From positions 124,001 through 188,000 of the forward strand of contig CAXHJY010000967.1 in NCBI GenBank assembly GCA_964016885.1: a stretch of DNA of 64,000 nt, in the 5' to 3' direction. Below the pieces are notes generated by a model. That model was not told where the DNA came from. It ran no database searches and saw only the letters and a program-made list of their open reading frames with translations. Numbering within the stretch: the stretch's first letter is position 1; each line of letters begins with the position of its first letter. This DNA comes from Eledone cirrhosa. Lineage: Eukaryota. This document shows positions 15,201 through 32,488 of this stretch, one piece after another. The position numbers and the translations under genes were made by a program.

Positions 15201-15366
15201 ATTTATTGACAGATAAGAAATTCTACATCTGTTTATTCCTCTCTAAGCACAGGCATGGCTGTGTGGTTAAGAAGTTCATTTTAGGACCACACTGGGAGGC
15301 ACCTTGAGCAAATGCCTTCTACTATAGCTCTGAACAGACCAATGCACACACACACATATATATATG

Positions 15367-15484
15367 TGAAAAATTCGGGACCCCCAACGGCTGAGCTCCT
15401 GCCGTTTCAACAGCTAGATCTGAACATTCAGATCTAGCTGTTGAAATAGCAGAAGCTCAGCCGTTGGGGGTCCCGAATTTTTCA
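15367..15484. repeat. Fold-back palindrome, 58-bp arms
   Basis: Arms 15367-15424 / 15427-15484 with 3 transition mismatches; the surrounding unit lies between CA/TA microsatellites. Confidence 0.95.
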
Positions 15485-16416
15485 TATTACCCACTTTACT
15501 ACCCCAAGTATCGAGTACTCTGTTTAATATAGAAATGGCTTTTACAGGACTAGAACTGTTTCATTCAAAAGAAATCATCATGATGTTTACAATCTACTAA
15601 TGTATTGAGTACCTTACTAACTGTGGTTACCTCCAATTGTACCCGACACACACACATACATATATAAATGTCTGTTTCAGTATTAACTGAATTTAGTTGT
15701 TCTTGTTTTACTAATGTTAATTGAAATATATCTCACTCCTTAAAGCCAACAAATAACCCTGTCTAACTTCCACTGCTATATGATTATAATAAGAAGTCTA
15801 TAATAAGATGTGCCTCACCCACATGTATCAACATTCACATGTTTTCACTTACTGCTTCAAAGATTTGAGATCTTGTAACATGTAATTTATATGAATTTGT
15901 TACTAACATTGCTGTCAGAAACATTGTAGTTTAGCACAGCCAGGCTACAAAATTACAAAAGTGACACCTCTGAAAGATTAAAACACTTTCATGTATAGAT
16001 TTCTTAAATTCTTTTTCCACTTAAACACTTGACTTTATAACTATCGCTACCATAAATGAAATGATAGTTAGTGTATACATTTATGTATGTATCCACTCAA
16101 GCATAATTAAAAATTTTGTACTTTATAGTTTGTCTATACTAATGTCATTGTGTATATATATGTATGTTTTAGTATTAGCACTTAACATCCTGTAATGGTT
16201 AAACAGAAAATATCTAACAGGTTTATCAATTCAAATGTTAATATTATCTTTACTACTGAACAGATCGTTGTGAAAATTTGCTGTATAAGAGTAAAGATTA
16301 CAATTGTTAATGTGATGCAGTTGTAGTGCTGTTTTATACTTTTCAAGAATGTCTTGCTAATGCAGTTTTATGTAGGGCAGGACATTAACTCAAATTAGTA
16401 ATTATTATATTACTTA

Positions 16417-16604
16417 GGACGGTGGAGTGGCAGTATCGGTAGAGGGTCGGACGCCATGCTTTGCAGCAAAGAGTTAAGGTCCTTTATGGTCCGAGTTCAA
16501 ATCCCGCCGAGGTTAACTTTGCCTTTCATCCTTACGGGGTCGATAAAATAAAGTACCAGTAATATACTGGGATAATTGCTGGCCTTGTGCCAGAAGTAGA
16601 AACA
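16417..16604 (+). mobile_element. tRNA-derived SINE, young family
   Basis: Same body; 13-bp TSD ATTATATTACTTA (16404-16416, 16605-16617). Confidence 0.92.
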
Positions 16605-17329
16605 ATTATATTACTTATGATAATTAAAATATCTCTCACTCCTTAAAGTCAGCAATTATTCTCTGCTGGCTTCAATCCCTAAAACATAGATACAGCAAGT
16701 CAAATAATGCTTGTTTTAGTATAAACTTAACTTGGCATTTATTGTTTTATTCATAATAATTTAAATACCTCTCGTTTTAAACCCAGCAAATGACCCCTAA
16801 ACGAGTTTACATTGCCATACCCCCCCCCCCCCCCCATCCTATCGCTCCCACCCCCCCTACACAGTAAAGGCATATTTTTATAAGCTCTTTTGGCAAGGCT
16901 AGTAATATTTAGACAGCCCCCTCCATTATTGTTATATGCTCTACTTATATATACATACATCTATGTATATGCATTTATATGTGCATATATCTCTTGACAC
17001 TCTTGTAAGCTTGATCCCTACTGCCTAATCTTAGGGCCAATAGACGATCCTAGAGAAACATTCCTCTCATTATCCTTTAGGTTAAGATAGATTACTTAGA
17101 GATCAGTGAGTAGCTTTGGCAAACTAAAATAATAATATATTATATGAAAATGTCTAACACGTGTGAGAGCTCCATAACCCACATAAATTAATCACACAAA
17201 CCCCCCTCCTTCCTCCTTTCAGGTTCAGAAAGAAGAAGACTACCTCGATGATAAATGACAGTAAGTTTATCATGGCTGGCACCGGAAAGGTGTTGCAGGA
17301 AGATGAAGTTGACAATCTGCAACAAAATG

Positions 17330-17620
17330 TAAGGCCTGCAGTAGTGCCATGTTAGAGGTGGATGCAGCGTGTGTTTGCAACTCCACCAATCCACCACTAG
17401 CACAGTCTTCCTCTTTCTTTCAACACCAAGTACTTGGTGTTATAGGCCTGCATGGCTTACTGACAATTGGCATTCTTATTTGGTTGCCAAAATATTTTAC
17501 ATGTTGTTGAGCTATGAACTGAATAATAGGCATGATATCAACCATCTGCCTGATATCTTTGTTTCTGACCTGGTTGCTTCTTGTTTTACCAGCAGTTCAC
17601 GAAAGACATCTCATATCACA
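17330..17620 (-). mobile_element. Old RTE LINE C-terminal fragment
   Basis: Minus strand reads DMRCLS*TAGKTRSNQVRNKDIRQMV...VKYFG, a typical RTE C-terminal region. Confidence 0.6.
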
Positions 17621-18184
17621 GATTGTGTGTTTTATAAATTTAGTTATTGTAAATTCATTATGTATTAAACATACTCTTAACTTTTACATGCATAGTCAGT
17701 TAAGTTATGATACTAAATTTACTTTACAGAGAAGCAGGCTACACTAAGGAATAGACCTCCATTAGTTTAAATGAGTGTTCCAGTTGTTTGATTAAAGGAT
17801 CAGTCTGCACCTGAAAACGTACCCTTAATGTAATTTTCAGGAAAATTCAGTGTGACAATGTGTGATACGGTTAGCCCTTTCAATTACATGTACACCACAT
17901 TCAATGTACTTCCAAACAGTTTCCATCTACCCAATTTCCCTCACAAGGCTTAGACAGACACTTGCCCAAGATGCCATGTAGTAGGATTGATCACTAGACC
18001 TAATGATTATGAAGTCAACTCCTTAACTATTTAGCCATGCTGTGGCTCTAGTACAAGATGAAGTTGGACAGTGAAACATCAGTCCACAACCAACCTAAAG
18101 TGTTTCTTTAGTGTTATCTTTTTCTTTATAAATCACTAAATTTTCTAATTTAGATTGATTTCACATTTTCTACATTATATATAA

Positions 18185-18392
18185 CCCTTTAGCATTTACA
18201 TTACACTATATCTACTATTGTATTTTCATGGTAAAGGCTTTACCTCACATAATATCGCTTCTATGATATTTTGATGTTATTTATTTTGAGAACAATACCT
18301 TAACATCAGTATGAGTGGCTGGTTACAGCCGGTTTGAACAGAAAGAAGTGAGATAATTCTGGCCGGAAATGGCCAGTTTAAATGCTAAAGGG
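18185..18392. mobile_element. piggyBac-type MITE family A
   Basis: ATAA-CCCTTTAGCATTTA...TAAATGCTAAAGGG-ATAA; internally similar to the 6076 copy. Confidence 0.85.
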
Positions 18393-21300
18393 ATAAACAT
18401 TGCATACAATAATTTAAATGTATGACATTCATTTATTAAATTGATGTCCAAGTATGTTGCTGAAACTCCAGAATATTTATCACAATTGTCATACTTTTAA
18501 CTACACCAGTTTGTTAACAATTCTTTGGAGAAATACAAAAAATGTATAATTAATCTAACAGTAATTTCATAACGCCCATTATGATTTTATTCATTATGTT
18601 GCTGATAAAGACTGAACATCAATGCTGGTAATCTGAAGTGGTCACTAGAGCAAACAATCCCAGTCATGTTCATACCAAGTACTTTTACAATCTTTGATAG
18701 ACCTAACTGCTTCAGCATCATCATTTTACATCCATTTTCCATGCTGGCATCAGTTGGACAAGTCATCACAATTCAAGATTAGACTAGTGGAAGAACCACG
18801 TCTTGTTAATATATTCCATATTTGGTTTGGTCTCTACAGGTGAACATCAATCACTTTGCAGAGTTTACTGGATGCATTTTATCATGACACCAGCACTAAA
18901 ACATTACGGAATGCACTGGGTGCACATTATCATGTCACCAACATGAGAGAGTTGTCAAGTACGTCAAGATTGAAGAGTTCTCCCTATGCTATATTATCTC
19001 TGCTCAATTGTCAATGAGTGTACTGGGTGCATTTTATCATGGTATCAACACTAAAGAGTCCCCTCAATACTATGTTTCTCAGTTTGTTCATCCTCCACTT
19101 TACACAGGATATTGAGTGTGTTCCATTCTGAAACCAAAACTAGAGAAGCTATCTCAAACACTGCAAACTGAAAGGGATGACCTATTCATTCCATGCAGTC
19201 TCTGATCTCTCTTTATATGTACTTTTAGCAACAGAAAGAAATATAGGACCAGTGGTCACTGATAATATATTATCTATCTTATATTATCACGATTAACTCT
19301 TAATGTCCTGTACTGCATGAAACTACATTAGCAAGACATTATGCAGATCATAAAATAGCACTGTGACTGTATCACATTAAAAATCTATGTCTTTATTTAG
19401 TATAATTCAGCAAAGTTTCACACAATCTGTTCATTACCAAAGATGCTACAAGCACTTGAATTATCAAAACCTGTTCTTTGACATTTTCTGCTAAATCCTT
19501 AGAGAATGTTAAGAAGTAATACACTGGTTTTATCTTCTTAGAAGTACATCACTTTTACCTTCATAAGTGATAAGAATAACATTACTCATAAAAAGTAATA
19601 AATACAGCTCCTTCACTGAAAAATATAAACAGGCATGACTAGGAGATTAAGAGATTTGTTTCAGAACCATCTATTAGCTAACCTCAGGTTAATTAATATC
19701 TTATGAGTAGAATTTGGTAAACAGAAAGTGATCGTAAGCTTGTTTTGTACTTATGTATCTTTATCATCCTCATCAACATTTAACATCTGCTTTCCCTGCT
19801 TTGCTATCAAGAGTTGCATTTTATCACAGCACCAACACTAGGAAGGTTGTTATATCTCTCAACCCTTTGTTTGGAAAATTTTCTACGGCTGGATACCCTT
19901 CCTATCCCCCAGCCACTTTACAGAGTGTATTGGATGTGTTTTATCATAACCACACCAAAATTAGAGAGATTGTCATACACTTGACACAACAAAAGAGTCC
20001 TTTCATTGCTTTTTGGCATAGTTTCTACAGCTCAGTGCCATTCCTATTACCAACCATTTTACAAGATGTACTAGTTGCATTTTTTATGGCAATATAGAAA
20101 TTGCTGTGTGGTGACTGAAATGTACTCTCTATACTATAGGGAGGATATGATGGGGTGTGTAGGGAAATAGGATAGTGGAAGTAAGAAGGATAATAGGTAT
20201 ATGTCATAGGTATATGACAGGTGTTGTGGGATTCAAATGGGGATTGATGTGGAGAAAAGAGTGATAAAGTATTCTACTGGCTGATGACAAGTATGGTGGG
20301 GAGTAGGAAGGGTAGTACTCTGATGAATGCATCAGTTACTAAGGAGTTTATGACTGGTTAAGATTTCAATATGGTAGGTTGGGGGGAGATCCTTGGAGGG
20401 AGGTATGATAGTGAAAACAGTTATTAAGAACCGGTGATTGACATGTATGTATGTTTGAATGTGTATATCTTTCACCAGTGTATATTGACAAAGGATATAA
20501 ACACAGCAAGAAATGCAATGTTTACAAATTAAATTCCTTGAGATATTTGTTTCATACTGAATAATAGACACTCCCTTGCCACTCTCACTGTCAAAAATGC
20601 AGTGAATCAGAGATGTACTTATTGGAAACCAATAACTAATGATGCTGTAGTTTACAAATTATAATATCAAAAAGAAAAATTAATCTAAGAATCATAAAAA
20701 ACTGAAGATGATGATGAGAATTTATATTCTAAAATATAATTAAAATTATTAATTTCTATAATAAATAAAAAAGAAACAAAATGAACGTAGAAGTTTAAAA
20801 AAACTCAAATCATAGCCAATGAAAAAAATTAATTGAAAAATTGTTTAACTTTGAAACACACTAAATATACTAACTAAATGTAAAGAAACAAAATAATTCT
20901 CTCTTTTCCATTGAAGAGAAATTGACTGTAAAACCAAACCGAGCTAAATAGCTATCTAATAATGTAATATAATAATATATAAATAACACTGCTGCAAATT
21001 TTACAATAAAGTTATTTCTCTGGGAAACCTTTGTTTCATGCTGCCTGCTCCTTTCGAAAAGATTGTGCCAAGAAAATATACATTTACTGCAGTGGATTAC
21101 AAGAACATACCAATTCATCAAAAACATTTCACGGAGAAATGGAATGAATTTACAGTGAAGAAAATAAATAAAAATAACCCTAAGAATTGGAACTCAAAGA
21201 AAAAAATAATCACAACCCCATAATTTTGAGAGTTGTTTTGATCAAAAAGTAATTAACTCAACAGACATGATAGAAATTTTCTTTTTTCATCTAAAAATGC

Positions 21301-22698
21301 AATAAATATTTAAAGTTAAGAATTAGAAAATGAAAAAAAAAAAAAGATTACAAAAAGTATAGAAATATAGAATAGTAAAAGAATGATAATGCTTCAATAT
21401 ATTCGTCTAACAAGCAACATTTAAAAAAAAAAACTTTTATGAAATATTTTCGAATTTTAAAGGGAGCATGTACATTTGTGTACAGAAATTTGATATAAAT
21501 TGAAATAGCTCTAAACAGTCATGATTTACATAATGAATCATATACAAATGCAATAACTGACACATGAAGATTAACAAAACATAAAGAGATCAATTGAGGA
21601 CAAGGACTAAACAATGCCATGCTAGAGAAAATAAATACTCTAAGTAGGAAATAATATACAAGCAAAGCATATTCTAGACACAAGGACATCTGGAATTAAG
21701 GCAGCAAAATAAAAATAAGTTCAAAGAAAATATATCAAAGGAGATTGATATCATGGACATTGTATGTATGTGCAGCCTAATGGTTGGAGAAAAATGTTTC
21801 CAATAACAAACGAAGCAATCCGATCTTAATTAACAACTGAACATTCTAGTAAGTTGTTAAGTAATAAACCACCTATCAACAGGTGAAACACGAAAAAACT
21901 ATATATACATCAAAACTGAAGAAGATATGAACACCAGATAGTCATCATTTTTACCTAACAATAACTGAAAAATTTTCAGCAGAAATAAAACTGTCATACA
22001 AGGCATTATAACAAATAGCTTTTCAATTTATTGAAATTTCATTTGAAGTATTTTTTAAAGAGCTAATTTTCTTTTTCTCCCTCCACTCTCTCATGCACAC
22101 ATTCACACTCCCTTAATAATAATAATAGCAATATTCTATTCTATTCAACTACGTATTTTTTGTGGGTTTAAAAAAATGCTTATTCCAATGAACTGCATCT
22201 CCTACAATTAAAAACTTACTAACTAAATCTGAACAGACTAGCAAATGCAATGATCTGAATACAAGTTCAATTTCCTATTAAACATATATGAAAATAGTAA
22301 ATTCTGACATACAACATATATATCATCTACCAACAAAATTTACTAATGAAAATTTCATATAACTAAATCTATAAGTAAATAATCAGCATTTAACATTATT
22401 CTCTAGTTAATTTATTCTTTTAATGAGAAGCCATGATGTAAAGTAATTACCCTAACCACTTCTATAATATTTGATATAACTACTTCAAAAGTACTTACTA
22501 TTTTCTGTAAAAGTTTTATAAGGACAGTGTGATATATAAGATATTTAGTAGTTGATTTTAAATCAAAAAACTAATTGTTTCAATTCTGCTTTCATTTGAA
22601 TTTTAGACCCAATTAAATAAAATAATATTTTATTTGGTATTTTTGTAAATGTTAATAATACAACTAATTTGACATGGTAAAGTATATTTGGAATGAAG

Positions 22699-24958
22699 TC
22701 ATCATCATCATCAACGTTTAACGTCCGTGTTCCACGCTTGCATGGGTTTGGACGGGGGTAGTCCACTTGAGGCAAGAGTGATTGTCTTGCTCGCATAGGA
22801 CTGTCTGGCAGGTTTTCTACAGTTGGATGCCCTTCCTAACACCAACCACATTTACAGTGTGGGTCTGGGAGGTTTTTACCGTGTTGCCTACACGGCCACA
22901 TTACAGCGTGGACTGTGTGTTTTTTTGTCGTGGCACCTACACGACCTCATTTGTTTTGGCCTGGATGGTGTGGCACCAACATAACTTTACATAGAACGGG
23001 GTGGTGTGGATGGGGTGGTGGTGGTGGTGGGACGGGGGGGGGGTATTTTGTTAGAGATGCCTACTGGCTGTAGTAGGTTTTACTATGTATTTAGGTAAGG
23101 CGGGTCTTCTCTGTTACTGAGTACCGCCAAAGGTCTCGGTCCAGTGACATTGTCTTGGAGAGGTGTAAGTGTGTGAGGTCGGAGTTTATCAGCTCGTCCC
23201 AGGTTTTTCTAGGTCTGCCTATTCCGTGGCTACCGTCTATCTTTATTGCCCTGCACTTTGTTATACAGCTATCGACTTTCATGCGCATCACGTGTCCATA
23301 CCAACGTAGCCTTCTCTCGAGTAAACAACATCTGATCCCTCTTATTTCTAATTTTTTCCTTAGTTCGTTTATGCTTTGCCGTTCACGTATATTACTGTTA
23401 CACATCCAGCGGAGCATGCAAGCTTCGTTCCTCTCTAGTCTGCGTATATCTTCTGCACACAATGCCCAGGTCTCACTGCCATGCAACATTGCTGTTCGTA
23501 TGCAGGCATCGTACAACCTGCCTTTCATTTTTAGGGAGAACCCTTTAGCAGCTAATAGTGGTATAAGCTCTCTGAACTTTTTCCAACCAGTTCTGACTCT
23601 AGCTACTGTACTTTCAGAGCACCCTCCCCCACTGCTGATTTTATCACCCAGGTAACGGAAGCTGTCCACTATTTCTATAGAACCCTCTGCGCAATTGAAA
23701 GAGCTAGTATTTTGTGGGCACTTGCTGCTACTTACTGCACCAGAGCACCGGCCACATGTAAAATCTATGTTCTTAGTTAGCTTACCTGTGATCCCACTAC
23801 ATCTTTTATGCACCCATACTTTGCATTTAGGACATAAAATGGAGTTTCTACCTACGCCTTTCCTACACACCGAGCACGACCATTTCCCAGAAGGGACCGC
23901 TGCCTTATTTTCTTTCCTACAAACTAGAACTTTAGTCTTAGCCAGGTTAATTTTAAGTCCTTTTGATTCTAGGCCGTGCTTCCATGTTTGGAATTTCTTC
24001 TTTAGCTCGGCCATTGATTCCGCTATGAGTGTCAGGTCGTCTGCGTATAGGAGTTCCCATGGGCAGCCGGTCTTGAACTCCTCTGTTATAGCCTGAAGGG
24101 CAATAATAAATAGTAGGGGGCTGAGAACAGAGCCCTGATGGACGCCAACTTTTACGCTAAACTCTTCACTATATTCGTTGTTAATTCTAACCTTGCTGAC
24201 TGTTTCTTTATACATGGCTTGTATAGCTCTCACAAGCCATTCGTCAACGCCTAGTTTTCTAAGAGCCCACCAGATAATGGAGCGGGGGACTCTGTCGAAG
24301 GCTTTCTCCAAGTCGACAAAAGCTAAGTAGAGGGGTTTACCTTTAGCTAGGTACTTCTCCTGTAGTTGTCGTACAATGAAAAGAGCGTCTGTGGTACTTT
24401 TGCCTGACACAAACCCGAACTGCATTTCATCTAGGTGAATTCTCTCTCTGATTAGTTGTGCTATTACTTTTTCCGTGACCTTCATGACCTGGTCGGTTAA
24501 ATTAATGCCTCTATAGTTACTCCTATCTAGGGTGTCTCCTTTACCCTTATAACAGTTAACGATGATGCTGCTATGCCAGTCCTTCGGAACAACCCCATTC
24601 TGTACGACTTGGTTAACTATGCGGGTGACCATGGTGTGTCCCACCGTGCCAGATGCCTTCAGCATCTCAGCAACTATTTCCGAAGGCCCAGCCGCCTTAC
24701 CCGTCTTCATATCCTTGATTGCCTTACTTATTATACTCCCCTCGACTAACACTGCTGGTCCCTCTATTGGGTCGATATGGGGGAGACTGTCTTTCTCCCA
24801 TTTATTCTCCTCATTTAGTAGCCTTTCATAGAGACACTTCCAAGCTACCTTCTTATCAGCGTCGGTGATGGCAAGTATGCCGTCATCGTTAAGTACACAC
24901 TTCTCCCCGACAATATCACGGTTTTCCTTGACGCATTGCCTAGCAATCCTGAAACACC
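22699..24958 (-). mobile_element. RTE-clade LINE, 5'-truncated, young
   Basis: Uninterrupted RT ORF, ~390 bp 3' UTR and (GAT)n tail (TCATCATCATC at 22699 on +); CpG-rich relative to flanks; no clear TSD found. Confidence 0.95.
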
Positions 24959-24968
24959 AATGAGACAA
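23091..24968 (-). CDS. RTE LINE ORF fragment: reverse transcriptase with internal C4HC3 PHD-like finger; endonuclease missing through 5' truncation
   Basis: RT motifs NYRGINL, QFGF, FVDLEKAFDRV, GVHQGSVLSPLLF, LLYADD, GLKINLAKTK, FRYLG; RTE C-terminus RRLRWYGHVMRM...GRPRKTW. The predicted start is not the true initiator. Confidence 0.9.
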   Translation of the reverse strand: MSHWCFRIARQCVKENRDIVGEKCVLNDDGILAITDADKKVAWKCLYERLLNEENKWEKDSLPHIDPIEGPAVLVEGSIISKAIKDMKTGKAAGPSEIVAEMLKASGTVGHTMVTRIVNQVVQNGVVPKDWHSSIIVNCYKGKGDTLDRSNYRGINLTDQVMKVTEKVIAQLIRERIHLDEMQFGFVSGKSTTDALFIVRQLQEKYLAKGKPLYLAFVDLEKAFDRVPRSIIWWALRKLGVDEWLVRAIQAMYKETVSKVRINNEYSEEFSVKVGVHQGSVLSPLLFIIALQAITEEFKTGCPWELLYADDLTLIAESMAELKKKFQTWKHGLESKGLKINLAKTKVLVCRKENKAAVPSGKWSCSVCRKGVGRNSILCPKCKVWVHKRCSGITGKLTKNIDFTCGRCSGAVSSSKCPQNTSSFNCAEGSIEIVDSFRYLGDKISSGGGCSESTVARVRTGWKKFRELIPLLAAKGFSLKMKGRLYDACIRTAMLHGSETWALCAEDIRRLERNEACMLRWMCNSNIRERQSINELRKKLEIRGIRCCLLERRLRWYGHVMRMKVDSCITKCRAIKIDGSHGIGRPRKTWDELINSDLTHLHLSKTMSLDRDLWRYSVTEKTRLT

Positions 24969-25198
24969 ATGTGATAGGAGAAATTCAAATAAATGATAAT
25001 GCTATCAATGATCACAATGTAGAAAAAGAAAATGCGTCACCAGCGTGATCAAGGATAAAATTTAGTGAACAATTTATAGACAGAACACTTTTCATGAAGA
25101 GTTGAGGGGAGGATAAATTAATTAATCAGATTCTTAAAACTTTGTTGCAGCTGGCAATAAACTTAACCTACTTATACCTGGTCCTCACCATATAAATA

Positions 25199-25357
25199 CA
25201 GTGAAGTTCCGTCATAACGAAATTCATGGAGTATAAAGTGAAATTTGTTGTAACGAGATCGGCCTAACACATTGAGCGTGTGGCCGAAGATTAAAAAAAA
25301 TTTTGTTATACTAAAAAATTCATCATAATGGTATTTGTTATAACGGAATTTTATCTG
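25199..25357. mobile_element. Tc1/mariner (pogo/Tigger-like) MITE
   Basis: TA-CAGTGAAGTTCCGTCATAAC...GTTATAACGGAATTTTATCTG-TA imperfect TIRs. Confidence 0.75.
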
Positions 25358-25878
25358 TATATAAAAAATAGGTAACCCAAGTAATTTTCATGGTTTCACC
25401 TGTCTGTACCTAACAATTGATTACACCTATCAGAACCTACATTAAATTAACCTACACATGTCATTACTATAATTACAGACTATAACATTCAGTATTTAGG
25501 ACATTAAGTGTCATATTGTGTATATTTTTAATAACTAAAAAAAAATATCTTACTTTACAGTAAAGAAGAAAAGGTATTTTGGGTCTTTTCATTTACATTC
25601 AAGCAATTAAAATTAGTGTCTACAGAAATAAAACCACAAACTTAAAATCCTTAGTAATTTATGAAAAATATATGTAAAAAATACTTGATAAGTACCAGAC
25701 AAATTAAAATTCCTATATACTGTATATACTCATATTCAAGTCACATTGCTTTGCATTTATAATATTGTGACTTTAGGCTTTAACCCATACATAGTTACAA
25801 TTAGCTTTTCATAAATACTATCAGCAACTTCGCATGCAGGTGCATTTAAAAAAATGCTGAGATAATCCAAATCATTAG

Positions 25879-25995
25879 AAATACAGTCAACAAAGTCCTG
25901 GAACCATAGATATCATTAAATACAGTCAACAAAGTCCTGGAACCATAGATATCATTAAATACAGTCAACAAAGTCCTGGAACCATAGATATCATT
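25879..25995. repeat. Perfect tandem triplication of a 39-bp unit
   Basis: 3 x AAATACAGTCAACAAAGTCCTGGAACCATAGATATCATT. Confidence 0.95.
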
Positions 25996-28154
25996 GCCAT
26001 GTGTTTCTATGATCTATACCTGTAATGAACACATTAACCAATGCTTTTAAATTACAACTCCTGATTCACTCACAATAGATGTAACATTGACAGTGTTGGA
26101 TTTAGGACAAATGAGGCCCTATGCTAGTTAAGTTGAGGTCCCTTACTTGGGGCCTGAAGGAGGTAAAAAATATTTTTGGCAAGAAGATGGGTCTCCTGAC
26201 CAACAAGGCCCTGTGGTTAAGTACACCTAAGCACAATGGTAATTCCAGCACTGAACATTGGGTAATAGGATTACAGCTGACTGATAGAGATTTGTGCATG
26301 TTTCATACACATGGAAAATGTGCATATATAAATTCATGAGACTACATATCATAGGTGCATTTGTTTTGTAGCAGAATTGAATTCTGCTTGTCATTTCAAT
26401 AGAAGACGTTATTAACATATATTCGTTTACAACGCTGATATTCATATAGACCGAGGAGTGATGAGATCAAGCCTGCCCTACATTTCCAATCATTTGTCAG
26501 TATATGTATGTTAGCACATGATGCATATTTTGAGCCCAGAGTAAGGTTCAATAGATAAGTCATATGAGGTTTTTGGTGTTTTATCTTCAAGTATATACAG
26601 TAAATAGAACACATACTATAAGATTTATTATCTTAAATAAGTGATATTAGTTACTGGATATCTAGACATACTTTTCAGTTTATAAATTTTAGATGAGATA
26701 CTCTATAGTGCCAATTAAATGTATAACATTAAAAAAAACATAATTATAAAGATAATTAACAAATTTGGGTTATGTCACGCATTCATTTTTGGTTTACCTT
26801 TAATGATAATATCGATTTATAAAAAACTTTTTGGGGGGGAGGGGGTTCTTTTATGATCTTAATGCAGAAATGAGAAGCATTGAGCTAATGACTAAAGTAT
26901 TTATTACAACTTACTACCATCTAATAATCCCACTGATATTATAATAATTATGATATCCTTGCCTAAACATAAAGTGTTTTTTACTTTAGTAATGTTGCTT
27001 GAAGTATCCTCAGTGTACTATTTCAATTATTTTAAGTACTGAAAGCAAAGACAACCTCTGTGTATTATTTGAACTCTGAACAGCAAAACAGTAGGTTAGA
27101 TATTGCAAACCAAGTTTAGCTTCCATAGGTTTTGGCTATCTCCAATAATAATTTATATATTAAGCAAAAGGTAGCACATGAATAGGTGATGTTAAATAAC
27201 CCGTTGGATAATTGCGGCACCATCAAAAACTGTGTGTGCAGTGTAGCTAAGGCAAACTGAATGTAAATAATAATAACAATAACAACATCAACATTGTTCT
27301 AATGTGCATAAAATATAACAAATCAGCTTTAATTTTTCATTTGCTTACATCAAGTGCTTTAGCAATTTAAAAAGGAAAATTAGAAACAAGTCACAAAATT
27401 AATTAAACCCTTCCTAAATGAAGTTAATATTTGAGAATTTGAAGAAAAGAAATGAAAACACCAAAAATGCCAATACCAAATCACCACTTGACATACACTG
27501 AATGCTTAATAAATGCTTAATCAACAATATTTTTAGCGAAATAATAAGAACTACAAAAATAGAATTGTTCAACAGCCGCTGAAAAAAGCTATATGATCTA
27601 GAACTTTCTAAGAAATAATCACAGAAAGATGAAGACAAGAAAGAAAAATGATGAAAATCAGAAATTTCCAATAGAAATAAATACACCCTGGCTTGTGCTC
27701 ATGCTGGAATAAATATAATGAAGCCTGTGTATTTGTGTGTTTGCTAAGGCATATTGAACATGGGACATTTGGCTGGTTACTGGACTTGCAACATTGAGAG
27801 CTAAGTTCAAGCCAATCTATTGCTGCTATGTGAGTGGTACAGACCTTGGGCAAGACTATCACAGCTCCCTCGCCGATGGAAGTTAGTAAGACTGCAGTCA
27901 TAATCCCATTTCACTGGTAAAGAAAAAATAGAGACAGCATCTTTCCATCATTCTAAACATACTCAGCACTTTAATGTAACCTCAGAAATTGCATTACATG
28001 AAGCTGTGCAGTATTTCAGCCAATCAGAAAAAAAGAAAATTTCATCTGATAGGCATCATGTGATGTAGTGAAAACAGGGACAAAGCTGTGTTTACATTTA
28101 TAATTATATAGTGAGAAACAATTGCAATACTGAATTCTCAAATGAAGTCGGATT

Positions 28155-32488
<4,334 letters not shown>

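Noticed and set aside
23155-24831. Plus-strand ORFs of 166, 133 and 89 aa
   Set aside because: Antisense shadows of the RTE ORF.
25879-25995. 39-bp repeats as a CRISPR array
   Set aside because: Head-to-tail copies with no spacers, no cas genes, eukaryotic context.
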